Virus record (IMG/VR): IMGVR_UViG_3300038393_001238
Location: 1-29,835 of that record
Direction: 5' to 3' (one strand)
Length of the DNA: 29,835 nt
Source: a virus
Lineage: Duplodnaviria > Caudoviricetes
Part shown: positions 15,667-24,231 of the stretch, piece after piece
Numbering within the stretch: the first letter of the stretch is position 1
Layout: the number at the start of each line of letters is the position of its first letter
Notes under the pieces: generated by a model
The model's input: only the letters and a program-made list of their open reading frames with translations
What the model was told of the DNA's origin: nothing
The model's database searches: none
Position numbers and translations under genes: made by a program

Positions 15667-16270
15667 AGTAAATCACCACCCGCCCATTTGAGGCGGACGC
15701 AGATGTCCCCGAGACGTTGTTTCCTGCGCTTCCGGCTCCGGCTGATAGCGCCCCACTACCAGACACGAAAGCGCTAGCGGAGGTCGCAACGCCACCCGCA
15801 GGCACTGCACCGTTGTTCCCGGTGACGCCCACGGCATCGGCGTTTAACTGATACCCGCCCCCCGCCGCTGCACCACCCCCCGCCCCGCCGCTGCCCCCAA
15901 GAGCCGCGCATTGGATTCGGTCTGGGTAGATTACGGTAGTAGTCCCTCCGGGATTTCCATTGCCGCTGCTAGCGCCCGCGCCGCCGGCGCCCACACTGCC
16001 AGAAATGACGCTGCCCTGCGCAACGGGGACCTTCCGATATACGAGGCCGCCAGATCCGCCCCCATCTTGACCGCTGCCGCTGGTTCCTTGCCCTGACCCC
16101 CCACCGCCCCAGATGAGCACTTCGAGCCATCCGCTACGATCGGCAGTGAAGGAGAATGCCCCAGGCGTCGTGCTGTCCTCTATCCGGTAGACGACAGGAT
16201 TTGGCGCGGAGCGCCGGCCGCTCATCGACTGACCGACTAGCCCGCGGAGAGCCTGCCCCGGAATGCTCAT
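15653..16270 (-). CDS. Glycine-rich tail/fibre protein
   Basis: TPGAFSF...LEVLIWGGGGSG...GGGSGG...VGAGG...GRVVIYF pattern typical of phage Gly-rich domains. Confidence 0.8.
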   Translation of the reverse strand: MSIPGQALRGLVGQSMSGRRSAPNPVVYRIEDSTTPGAFSFTADRSGWLEVLIWGGGGSGQGTSGSGQDGGGSGGLVYRKVPVAQGSVISGSVGAGGAGASSGNGNPGGTTTVIYPDRIQCAALGGSGGAGGGAAAGGGYQLNADAVGVTGNNGAVPAGGVATSASAFVSGSGALSAGAGSAGNNVSGTSASASNGRVVIYFIGA

Positions 16271-16692
16271 CAGTAGTCAGCCCACTCGGCGATGAAACCG
16301 ACCACCTTCGCCGACAGGCTGTGCGCGACGTAGATCCGCTCGTTGGCCTGCAGGATCATCGGGTTGCTGTCCGAATAGCCGAAATCCAGCGGCAGGGGCG
16401 CGTCCGTGCCCGACACGGTGTCGTTGGTGCTGGTCTGCGTCGCGAATAGGTACTTGCTCGCGCCGGATGTTCCGACGTCGCGATAGGCCTGCATGACCCC
16501 GACGGCGCCCGTGGATTCGTTCGGCAGGGCCGCGAGGCGCACCAGACGCCCGCCGTTGGGTCCCGCCGTCAGGAGAAGCGTCGTGTTCGTTGGCGTCGTC
16601 GTCGGCGGCCAGGTGTTCTGCTGCGTCGAGTGCAGAACAGCCGCGCTTTTCGGCGCCTGAGGCGTGACGATGCTGTTGGCGGTGACGGCCAT
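16270..16692 (-). CDS. Virion structural protein (beta-sandwich)
   Basis: TGATG coupling, GGAG SD, located in the tail block, ends ILQANERIYV..AEWADY. Confidence 0.8.
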   Translation of the reverse strand: MAVTANSIVTPQAPKSAAVLHSTQQNTWPPTTTPTNTTLLLTAGPNGGRLVRLAALPNESTGAVGVMQAYRDVGTSGASKYLFATQTSTNDTVSGTDAPLPLDFGYSDSNPMILQANERIYVAHSLSAKVVGFIAEWADY

Positions 16693-16703
16693 GCTTCAGG
16701 CTC

Positions 16704-17303
16704 CTAGAGAGCGACGGCCAGCGCCACTTGGACGCCGAGCACGCGGGTGTTGTAGTCGGAGAGGTCGGCGGTGGACGGCTGGCGCCAGAAGGACGAAATC
16801 CCGTCCGTGTAGACGTACTTGCCCGCGTTCCCGGTGACGCTCGGCAGGCTGCCCGTAGCCGCCAGTACCGCCGCGGCGATGTAGTCCTTCAGCCCCAGGC
16901 CGCCGAAGTAGGCGTCGTGGTTGATGTTCGTCCCGTCGCTCCAGACGCCCGCCTTGTCGCCCGCGTCGATGGTGACGGTGTTCCCGGCCCCGAGACTGAT
17001 CGTCAGAACCTTGTTCGTCGCGTTCCAGATCCAGTAGTGCTTGGAGACGGACGGGAGCGTGACGGTGGCGTTGGCCGAGAGCGCGCCGGTGAACTTCAGG
17101 AAGGCGCGCCGGGCCTCGTCGGCGCTGGTGTTGTCGTTCGAGGACTGCAGCGAGTAGTCGCCGGTGAGTGCGATGGCGACATAGCCGGCCACTGAATCGT
17201 CAATGCGGGAAAGAACATTGTCCAAGCGAGCACCCCAGGTGTTCACTTGCTCTCCCGTGTACATAAGTTCGAACCTTAGGTTCGACGAATATGAACTCGG
17301 CAA
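16704..17303 (-). CDS. Tail-associated structural protein (fibre base), TTG start
   Basis: MPSSYSSNLRFEL..TGE..NTWG N-terminus and AAGGGGAAG SD. Confidence 0.8.
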   Translation of the reverse strand: MPSSYSSNLRFELMYTGEQVNTWGARLDNVLSRIDDSVAGYVAIALTGDYSLQSSNDNTSADEARRAFLKFTGALSANATVTLPSVSKHYWIWNATNKVLTISLGAGNTVTIDAGDKAGVWSDGTNINHDAYFGGLGLKDYIAAAVLAATGSLPSVTGNAGKYVYTDGISSFWRQPSTADLSDYNTRVLGVQVALAVAL

Positions 17304-17321
17304 ATCCGCTTCCCCTTTTTA

Positions 17322-17355
17322 TTGGTTCTCAAGTCGTCGCATGCTACTGTTCGGC
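17322..17355 (+). promoter_or_regulatory. Promoter for a leaderless second HNH gene
   Basis: TTGGTT (17322-17327), 17 nt, TACTGT (17345-17350) with TG extension, then 5 nt to ATG 17356. Confidence 0.55.
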
Positions 17356-17835
17356 ATGATTGATTGGCAGCTTGCAATCGCTCTGGGCGACCGCTTCAGA
17401 GCTAAACTGGTCGAAGACCCGGTTTCCGGTTGTCTGAACTGGACCGGATGGACGAATGTCGAGGGCTACGGCCGGTTCGACATCGGAAGGTGGAAGCCGC
17501 TAGCGACGCACGTCGCCCTGGCCATTGCCGGTCGGCCGCGACCTTCCCCGAAGCATCTCGCCCTGCATGGGGATAGCTGCACTCCCAGGTGTTGCAACCC
17601 CGATCATCTCCGTTGGGGTAGCGGCAAAGAGAACGCCGATGACCGTGATCGCCTCGGCCGACGGAAGCGGGTCAAGCGAGGCGTGGGCCATCCGAACGCG
17701 AAACTGAATGACGAACTCGTGCGCTACATCCGGGCGTCTGACGCAACCCAACGCGCGCTTTCCGCCGAACTCGGCGTCAGCCCTCCGATTATCGCGAAGG
17801 TGCGCCGACGCGAACTATGGGCGCACGTGGTCTAG
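17356..17835 (+). CDS. Free-standing HNH homing endonuclease with C-terminal HTH
   Basis: SGCLNWTG..GYGRF, LALH..C..RCCNPDHL..G...EN..D, HPNAKL..VRYIR..QRALSAELGVS. Confidence 0.9.
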   Translation: MIDWQLAIALGDRFRAKLVEDPVSGCLNWTGWTNVEGYGRFDIGRWKPLATHVALAIAGRPRPSPKHLALHGDSCTPRCCNPDHLRWGSGKENADDRDRLGRRKRVKRGVGHPNAKLNDELVRYIRASDATQRALSAELGVSPPIIAKVRRRELWAHVV

Positions 17836-18068
17836 ATCGGCGCTCCGGTGTCTTGGCGGCGCCATACGGTCCCGTCCGAAGCCACGAGGATCTTCGTGTC
17901 GGTCACGTAGGCGACGCAGTTGATGTAGCTCGCGGCGGCCGGCAGATCGGCCTTCAGGCATGGATAGGCGGGCCTGGGGCTGTTGGGGCTCTCAAGCTCC
18001 AGCACCCGGCCCTCCAGTTCGTCCAGATAGGCCCCCAGCGGGGTGTCGATGACGGAGGGGCGCGGCAC
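17832..18068 (-). CDS. Small virion/tail protein
   Basis: The start overlaps the upstream TAG. Short coiled coil plus DLPAA..VAYVTD..SDGTVWRR. Confidence 0.75.
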   Translation of the reverse strand: MPRPSVIDTPLGAYLDELEGRVLELESPNSPRPAYPCLKADLPAAASYINCVAYVTDTKILVASDGTVWRRQDTGAPI

Positions 18069-18697
18069 TAGACGATGCCGCCGGCCGAGGGGCGCACGTT
18101 GATCGGCCCGCTGATCGCGTCCTTCGCGTCGCGCAGGTTGATGTCCTCGATCAGCGCGCCGAACTTGGCCCCGAACTGCTGGGCGGTGTCGTCGTCTTCC
18201 TTGTAGGTGTGCAGCGCCTCAAGCGAGCCGAACAGGTAAAGGTAAGGGTACTTGAGCAGGACCGCGTTCGCGTCGCTGTCCGCGCTCATCAGGGTCGCTT
18301 CCTTGTAGTATAGGAGCTTGCCGGTGGCCGACCCGGTGTAGAGCGGGCCGAAGTGCAGGCTCGTCCCCTCGTCGGCGACGTGGGTCGGATAGGTCTGGGA
18401 CGCGATCTCCGCGATGACGTCCTGCACGCCTTCGGGAGAGGTCGGCGTCAGCGAAAACCGCGGCGTCACATCCAGGTAGAGCCGGCGCATGGCCACATAG
18501 CCGGTCGGGACGGTCACGGTCTCGGCAGCGTTGAGCGCCAGGTCCGCCGTCGAGAGCATCACTCGCGCTCGAAGCCGGCGGTTGATCTCCTGATGCGCCC
18601 AATAGACGAAATCCGCGGCCAGGTCGGATGTTATGTCGGTGTAGGTGCTCCAGTTGGTGACGGAGGTGATCAGGCCGCCGTAGGTCGTCAGGCTCAC
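18068..18697 (-). CDS. Head-tail adaptor protein
   Basis: LTTYGGL...AHQEINRRLR..M, N.VL.KYPYLYLFGSL. Typical position after the capsid gene. Confidence 0.8.
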   Translation of the reverse strand: MSLTTYGGLITSVTNWSTYTDITSDLAADFVYWAHQEINRRLRARVMLSTADLALNAAETVTVPTGYVAMRRLYLDVTPRFSLTPTSPEGVQDVIAEIASQTYPTHVADEGTSLHFGPLYTGSATGKLLYYKEATLMSADSDANAVLLKYPYLYLFGSLEALHTYKEDDDTAQQFGAKFGALIEDINLRDAKDAISGPINVRPSAGGIV

Positions 18698-19035
18698 CGC
18701 ATCACCCCATTGCTCACGCCCAGGCGGCCTTCAGCGGTCCGCAGATGCGCCCATTCGTTGGAGTTCAGCTTGGCGGCCAGCTTGTCGGCGTTCTCAGGGT
18801 CCTCGAACCACCAGCCCTCTTCGTGCAGCCACTGCAGGCCGACGATGTAGGGGACACGGGCGACGCGCCTGATAGACCGGTCGGCGCTGTACCCGTCGTT
18901 GTGCGTGATCTCGGACTTGTTCTGCTCGATGATCGGGTCCGTGGGCGCAACCGCCTCAAACCGATGACCATTGCCGTCCTCGTGCATATACCAGTCGATG
19001 CCGCGCGAGGAGGTGAGCAGGAACCGGCGGCTCAT
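18694..19035 (-). CDS. Conserved phage protein after capsid
   Basis: DPIIEQNK...RRVARVP...W...KLNSNEWAHLRT. Coupled on both sides. Confidence 0.8.
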   Translation of the reverse strand: MSRRFLLTSSRGIDWYMHEDGNGHRFEAVAPTDPIIEQNKSEITHNDGYSADRSIRRVARVPYIVGLQWLHEEGWWFEDPENADKLAAKLNSNEWAHLRTAEGRLGVSNGVMR

Positions 19036-19358
19036 CAGGCGGCCTCGGGCGCCTTCGGCGGCTCGATCACCTTGGTGATCTCGACATAGCCGTCATCTTC
19101 CAGTTCCTGGGCGCGCTCGTGGCGCGTGGTGAACATCTCGCCACGCTCGAAGTAGACTTCGCCGATCCCGGCGACGTGCTCGCCCATGCTGACCTTGCCA
19201 TCGCCCTTGGGCAGCACGCGGCATTCGGCCAGCACCACCACTTCCGGCTCCTTGAGCTTGGCGGCGGCCTGGCGGGCGGCGCGCTTGCGCAGTTCCTGCT
19301 CGCGGGCGATCTGTTCGGCCGTCTGGGCGGCCATGGCGGTCTTGGAGATGGCGGGCAT
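19035..19358 (-). CDS. Hypothetical protein
   Basis: GAGGA SD, coupled stop, ERAQELEDDGYVEI motif. Confidence 0.75.
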   Translation of the reverse strand: MPAISKTAMAAQTAEQIAREQELRKRAARQAAAKLKEPEVVVLAECRVLPKGDGKVSMGEHVAGIGEVYFERGEMFTTRHERAQELEDDGYVEITKVIEPPKAPEAA

Positions 19359-19367
19359 AGAGTCCTC

Positions 19368-19401
19368 AAAGAAGCGGGGCCGCCCGCCTGAGAGCGGCCC
19401 C
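19368..19401 (-). terminator. Intrinsic terminator/attenuator after the capsid gene
   Basis: Minus strand GGGGCCGCTC-TCAGGC-GGGCGGCCCC followed by GCTTCTTT. Confidence 0.65.
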
Positions 19402-19428
19402 TAGTTGCACGTCGGGGAGGATCGACGC

Positions 19429-20388
19429 TTAGGTCAGGTCGGCGACGACGCCGTGAGCCTTCTCGTTCTTGCAGACCAGGGTCTTCTCCATGGTCAGCAG
19501 GAACTTCTCGTTGTCGCCGCTGGAGGCCAGTTCCTTCGACTTCACGCCGTCCAGGGTGCCGATGGCGACCATCTTGGGGTCGATCAGCACGCAATCGCGG
19601 GTGAGGGCGTAGGCATGCGGGATCAGGGTCAAAGTCCCGAAGTCCGACACGTACACGTCGGCGGCGCCGTAGATGGTCGCCATCGACTTGCCCGACACGT
19701 CAGTGCGGATGTCCGCGATGCCGGTGAACGCCGAGAACTGCTGCTTGTGGGTCGGCCCCATATAGGCCTGCGACGGCTTGCCGCCGTTGGAGAAGGCCGT
19801 GGACAGGACCGCCTTGACCAGTGCCTCGGTGAACGTCCGCTGCGTGCCGTTGCCGGCGGCGGCGGGGCCAGGCGAAGCCGAGAAGCCGCCAGACGTGCCA
19901 GTGGCGCCGCGGGAAACGTTGGACGACAGCCAGGCGAGGATGCCGCCGAGCTTGCGGGTCGTGGCGCCGGATTCAGCGACAGCGGCATAGTTGCCGATGG
20001 CGCGCATCTCCAGGTCACGGCGAAGCTCGATCCCCTTCAGGGTCTTCTGGCGAGCCAGTTCCGAGGCACGGCCAGCCTTGTCGACGATCTCCTGCGTACG
20101 CGACACGCCGCCGGACTTGGCGAGGATCTGCAGGGTATTGCCGACGCGGGTCGTCAGGTTGCCGGCGCCCAGGGTGTAGTCGTCGCCTTCCAGCTGGGCA
20201 TTGGTCGCCACGGCAGTCGCCAGGGTCTCCGTCTGCCACTCGTGATAGGTGTTCGTGCACTTCACGGAGCCGATGTTGGAGACGAACGGGGTCTCCTCCG
20301 GAGCGACGCGATAGATCACGTCTTCCAGGTCTTCGCGCACGCCGACGTTGGGCGTGGCGCCGGTGATGGTGTTGGTAGGAGCGGTCAT
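19429..20388 (-). CDS. Major capsid protein (DUF5309/SU10-like family)
   Basis: GVREDLEDVIYRVAPEETPF, HEWQT, RVGN..QI, ELRRDLE, YVSDFG. Follows the scaffold gene. Confidence 0.92.
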   Translation of the reverse strand: MTAPTNTITGATPNVGVREDLEDVIYRVAPEETPFVSNIGSVKCTNTYHEWQTETLATAVATNAQLEGDDYTLGAGNLTTRVGNTLQILAKSGGVSRTQEIVDKAGRASELARQKTLKGIELRRDLEMRAIGNYAAVAESGATTRKLGGILAWLSSNVSRGATGTSGGFSASPGPAAAGNGTQRTFTEALVKAVLSTAFSNGGKPSQAYMGPTHKQQFSAFTGIADIRTDVSGKSMATIYGAADVYVSDFGTLTLIPHAYALTRDCVLIDPKMVAIGTLDGVKSKELASSGDNEKFLLTMEKTLVCKNEKAHGVVADLT

Positions 20389-21377
20389 TGGATGATGCCT
20401 TGTCGGGCTAGGAGCAGGGCAATGGCGTCGTCGGTCGACTTCGTCTGGGCGAAGCGGTTCGCGATCTGCTGTGCCGTGCGCTGTTGGGAGGTCGCCCCTT
20501 GCGCCGCAGTCGGCTTGGTGACCGTCTTGGGCGGCGGGGCGGGCTTGGGTTTCGGAGCGGCTTGAAGCTTGGCCTGGGCTTCGTCCCAGCGCCGCGCCTT
20601 CTCCGCGATCAGCATCTCAGCGGCCGAAATGTGCTTCAGCGCCGCAGGCTCGATGCCTTGGGCGACGAGGTACTTCGTGACAGTCGTCCGGCGCTCGGCG
20701 CCCTTCTCAGGGTCAGCGAGGTCCGGTGCGATCTCAGCAAGCTTCTGGAACTCCGCCTTGACGTAGCCCTCGAAGGCCTGGGCCTCTGCCTGCTGCTTGG
20801 CTACGGCGAGCTGCTGCAGTTGGCCGAGTTCGGCTTCGTGCTGGGCCTTGGCGATCGACATCGCTTCGGCGCCATGCTGTTGGGCGTACGCGACCCAATC
20901 GGGGTTGTTGCCCCAACGGGCCTGGAAGGTCTCCAGGGCTTGCGGAAGAAAATCGGCCAGCTGTTGGGCTAGCTGGTTCACCTTCGCCACTTCGGTCTGA
21001 GCGGCCTTCACGTGTTCGGCGGCTTCAGCCTTCGCCTTGGCCGCCGCCTCCTCCCGCGGGCCTTCCTGCGACAGCACGACGGCTTGCAGATCGGCGGGGA
21101 GCTTGGCGAACGCGTCCTTGGCGTCCTTCGACCAGTACTTCGGCGGTTCGGCGGCCACGACGGGCTCCGGTTCCGCTTCGGTTTCTTCCGCCTCCGCCGG
21201 CTCTTCGGGCTCGGCTTCGGCTTCCTCGGGCGTCTGGTCTTCGCCCTGCGGTTCTGTGGTCTCCTCAGCCTCTACGGCGGGAGCGTCATCCTGCTCGACG
21301 GGTTCGGGCGGCAGTTGCGCGGCAATGGCCTGCTCAACAGTCAGCGCGCCGCTTTCCGGCGTTGCGGATTCGGACAT
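20385..21377 (-). CDS. Scaffolding protein
   Basis: Acidic N-terminus, PPKYWSK..K..FAKLP motif, coiled coil, Pro/Lys linker. Directly upstream of the capsid gene. Confidence 0.85.
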   Translation of the reverse strand: MSESATPESGALTVEQAIAAQLPPEPVEQDDAPAVEAEETTEPQGEDQTPEEAEAEPEEPAEAEETEAEPEPVVAAEPPKYWSKDAKDAFAKLPADLQAVVLSQEGPREEAAAKAKAEAAEHVKAAQTEVAKVNQLAQQLADFLPQALETFQARWGNNPDWVAYAQQHGAEAMSIAKAQHEAELGQLQQLAVAKQQAEAQAFEGYVKAEFQKLAEIAPDLADPEKGAERRTTVTKYLVAQGIEPAALKHISAAEMLIAEKARRWDEAQAKLQAAPKPKPAPPPKTVTKPTAAQGATSQQRTAQQIANRFAQTKSTDDAIALLLARQGIIQ

Positions 21378-21404
21378 CGATCACCTTGTGGGTGGTTTTC
21401 GGGA

Positions 21405-21683
21405 TCAGTTCGGCCGGGTGAAGCCGGCTTGCGAGATGGCGCTGCGAGCGCGAAGCTCGACGTCCGCCACCTGGCCATCTTGAACGACCATCAGCACCGC
21501 CTGGCGGACCGCCGCGAGGTTCTGGATGGCCTTGTGCAGGTTGAGCACCTTCGGCTCCTGGCCGACCGGCGTCTGGATCAGTTCACGCAGCAGTGCAGCC
21601 TCGACGGCATCGAACGCGCCGCCGATCTCGCGCCACTCGTGGGCCGCCCGCTGGGCGCGCTGGATGCGATCGTCTTCGTTCAT
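21405..21683 (-). CDS. Small helical head-module protein
   Basis: 92-aa ORF between portal and scaffold. Confidence 0.8.
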   Translation of the reverse strand: MNEDDRIQRAQRAAHEWREIGGAFDAVEAALLRELIQTPVGQEPKVLNLHKAIQNLAAVRQAVLMVVQDGQVADVELRARSAISQAGFTRPN

Positions 21684-21833
21684 CTAGTTCACCCGCCGCC
21701 ACGGGCCGCGCAAATCATCGCCTTGCAGCCGGATGCTGTACTTGAAGCACTTTCGGCCAAGCCCCCACTCCATGGGGAGTCGTTCGATTAAGCGCCCGGC
21801 ACGGAACAGAGCCCAGCACAAGACGATCCTCAC
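21684..21833 (-). CDS. 49-aa hypothetical protein (not in ORF track)
   Basis: GTG overlaps the portal TGA and its TAG abuts the next ATG. MRIVLCWALFRAGRLIERLPMEWGLGRKCFKYSIRLQGDDLRGPWRRVN. Confidence 0.6.
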   Translation of the reverse strand: MRIVLCWALFRAGRLIERLPMEWGLGRKCFKYSIRLQGDDLRGPWRRVN

Positions 21834-23989
21834 CCTGGCTCTCCACCGGGCTCAGGCGGCTTGGCCGACGCATCGACCTTCGCCATGCCCACCTGATGCT
21901 GCGAGTGCGCCTGCAACAGGCCAAGCTCGCGCTTCATCTCCAGTTCCGCGGCCAGCGTCTCGCGCTTCAGCTGCAGCTCCTGTTCGATCTGCCAGCGCCT
22001 GAGCGCACCCTCGGTCTGGATCTGTGCTAGCTTCTGCTCATGCTCGCGCTGCGCCTGCGCCTCGGCCGCCGCCATGGAATCCTGATGCTTCTGGGCCTGA
22101 AGGGCCGCGTCCGACTGCGCCTTTTGCTGCGCAAGGGCCGCATCGGCCTGAGCCTGCCCCTGACGTAGCTGCATGTCCGCCTGCACCTTCGCCATCTCAG
22201 GGTCCGGCTTAGGCGGTTGAGGCGGAGCCTGCGCCGGATCGCTCCAGTACAGGTCCGGATTCTTGCTCCCCGCCGCGCGTTCCCAGGCCCCCAGGGCATT
22301 GTGCACGTTGGTCGGGTCGATGAACGGCCCGTTCGCCCCGCCCTGCAGCTGCACGAGCGGCTGCATCAGGTTGAGGCGCTGGGTGGCGATCATCATGTCA
22401 TGCTCGCGACCGGCAGACCCGATGCCGACGTGCACCGTTAGCGCCTGGCGCTCGGGCCACTGCGACGGGTCGATGGCCTTCCACTGGTTTCCGAGCTTGG
22501 CTTGCGCCGGCGAATAGCTCTTGCCCTCCGGCGCGTCAGAGTAGCCCCGACGCAGCATATCGTGGACACCCAGGAACAGGTCCTTGACCCCGGTCTCAGC
22601 AAAGATGCGGGCGATCAGGCGGATGCGCTTCTGCGCCGCCATGATCAGTTGGATAGCTCCCTGCGCCGTGTCGTGCAGCGTGTCGGGGTTGAGGCCCTGG
22701 GCGTTGCGGACGATACCGGAGCGCTGCTCCGCCAGAGTGGAGGCAAACTCCATGGCGTTGAAGACATCGAAGCTCAGGGCGCCGGCAGATAGCGGCGTCA
22801 CCGCCATTTCGCCATTGCCCCGCACCGGCCGCCCCGGCTCGTTGGCCAGCAGGTCCGGAATCGTGAACTCGTTGGCCTTCGTCATATCGACGTAGTTGCG
22901 CTGGTTGAGCGCGAAGTAGCCGCTGTCCAGCAACATCCGCAGCAGCACCGTCTTGATGCGCTGCACCTCATAGAGCTTGTCGGCCACGCTCTCGCCGTAG
23001 AAGCGGTGCGGGACCATGTAGGGCGTCAGCGCCGCGAACGGCAGGGCGTCAATCTGCTCGCTATCGAGCATGACCGTCTCAAGCGCATTGGTGACGACGC
23101 GCCACAGTTCGGGCTGGCCGTCCCCGTCGCGGTCGATGCGGATGTAGTGCTCGCGTACCTCGACAACCCTGAGGTCATCGCCAGTGCCGTCTTGGCGCTG
23201 GTTGTTCTCGCCGGCCTCGTCACGCTCCTGCACGATGGTGTCGTTGCGGATGACGTAGGTCGGGAGCTCCCTCGCCTTCTCCGCGTCGATGCCGCGGGCG
23301 ATCAGATCCTGCACGCGAGGACGCGAGCGCATCGCGCAATAGGTCGCCGCCCGAAGGTTGATCGTGTCGAACGCAACCGTGAAGTCCTCGGGAGGAACCG
23401 CCTTGATGCAGACCTTGCCGGTGAGCGTCGTAGAGGTCAGCTTGACCGTCCCGTCGTCCTGCTCCTCGGCCTCCAGTTCCTGGCCCATCTGCTTGGCGAT
23501 GGCCTGCACCATGGGCGCGGCCTCAGCCTGCATCTCGGCGCGGGTCTCCGTCTTCTCCTCGTCCTCCCACCACCAATGGAAGATCCCGGTGCGGGTCAGC
23601 AGCGCGTCCTTGAAGGTGGTGTACAGCAGCTCGAACCCGTCGTTCTGCTCGAACACGACCCACTTGACGAAATCGCTCTCCTCCTGGGCGGCGTCCTCGT
23701 CATCCTGGCCCTGGGGCTGGAACGTGGCGACGTCATCGCCGCCGATGAACACCTCCAGCACGTCCGGCAGCACCGTCTCGATGGCGTCGGCGATGGTGGT
23801 GTCCACCGCCTTCGACCGGCCGTCCAGCGCCGGGACGTCGAACATGTCGCCCTTGGCGTAGCGCAGCGCACGCTCGCGCGTGGCCGTCAATTCGCCGGAG
23901 TCGGCCTCACCGAAGCCGATGGAACGCCGACGCTCTTCACGAACCAGCCTCAGCAGTTCGTCGTCGTCGTAGTTCGGCGCGTCGGTCAC
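21830..23989 (-). CDS. Portal protein (P22-like, long C-terminal barrel)
   Basis: GRSKAV..TIAD, FKDALL..TG, VPPEDF, PHRFYGES, ARIFAETGVK, Gln/Ala coiled-coil tail. Confidence 0.92.
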   Translation of the reverse strand: MTDAPNYDDDELLRLVREERRRSIGFGEADSGELTATRERALRYAKGDMFDVPALDGRSKAVDTTIADAIETVLPDVLEVFIGGDDVATFQPQGQDDEDAAQEESDFVKWVVFEQNDGFELLYTTFKDALLTRTGIFHWWWEDEEKTETRAEMQAEAAPMVQAIAKQMGQELEAEEQDDGTVKLTSTTLTGKVCIKAVPPEDFTVAFDTINLRAATYCAMRSRPRVQDLIARGIDAEKARELPTYVIRNDTIVQERDEAGENNQRQDGTGDDLRVVEVREHYIRIDRDGDGQPELWRVVTNALETVMLDSEQIDALPFAALTPYMVPHRFYGESVADKLYEVQRIKTVLLRMLLDSGYFALNQRNYVDMTKANEFTIPDLLANEPGRPVRGNGEMAVTPLSAGALSFDVFNAMEFASTLAEQRSGIVRNAQGLNPDTLHDTAQGAIQLIMAAQKRIRLIARIFAETGVKDLFLGVHDMLRRGYSDAPEGKSYSPAQAKLGNQWKAIDPSQWPERQALTVHVGIGSAGREHDMMIATQRLNLMQPLVQLQGGANGPFIDPTNVHNALGAWERAAGSKNPDLYWSDPAQAPPQPPKPDPEMAKVQADMQLRQGQAQADAALAQQKAQSDAALQAQKHQDSMAAAEAQAQREHEQKLAQIQTEGALRRWQIEQELQLKRETLAAELEMKRELGLLQAHSQHQVGMAKVDASAKPPEPGGEPG

Positions 23990-24231
23990 TAGATCGCCTT
24001 GGCGCCGCAGATGTTCGTCGCCGTGGTGGCGGTGGACATGATGCGGATGAAGCGGCCAGGGATGATCGCGCCGGCCGGGACCGCCTTGAATAGCACCGAG
24101 GAGCCGGCCACGGACTGCACGGTCACGTCACCGGTCACGCCGACGTAGAAGCCCACGTAATCGACGAAGGCCGTGTCGCTCGGGGTGTTCGCCTCCCACT
24201 GGGAGGGCGTGAAGTCGTTGCGGAAGGACAT
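23989..24231 (-). CDS. Head-spike base protein, RcGTA Rcc01079-like
   Basis: TPSD...FYVGVTGDVTV...G..V.FKAVPAG.IIP....RIMSTATTATNI matches that family's pattern. TGATG coupling to terL. Confidence 0.8.
   Translation of the reverse strand: MSFRNDFTPSQWEANTPSDTAFVDYVGFYVGVTGDVTVQSVAGSSVLFKAVPAGAIIPGRFIRIMSTATTATNICGAKAI

Noticed and set aside
17203-17355. Longer start for the second HNH
   Set aside because: It would overlap the divergent tail gene. Promoter geometry favours ATG 17356, though 17341 cannot be fully excluded.
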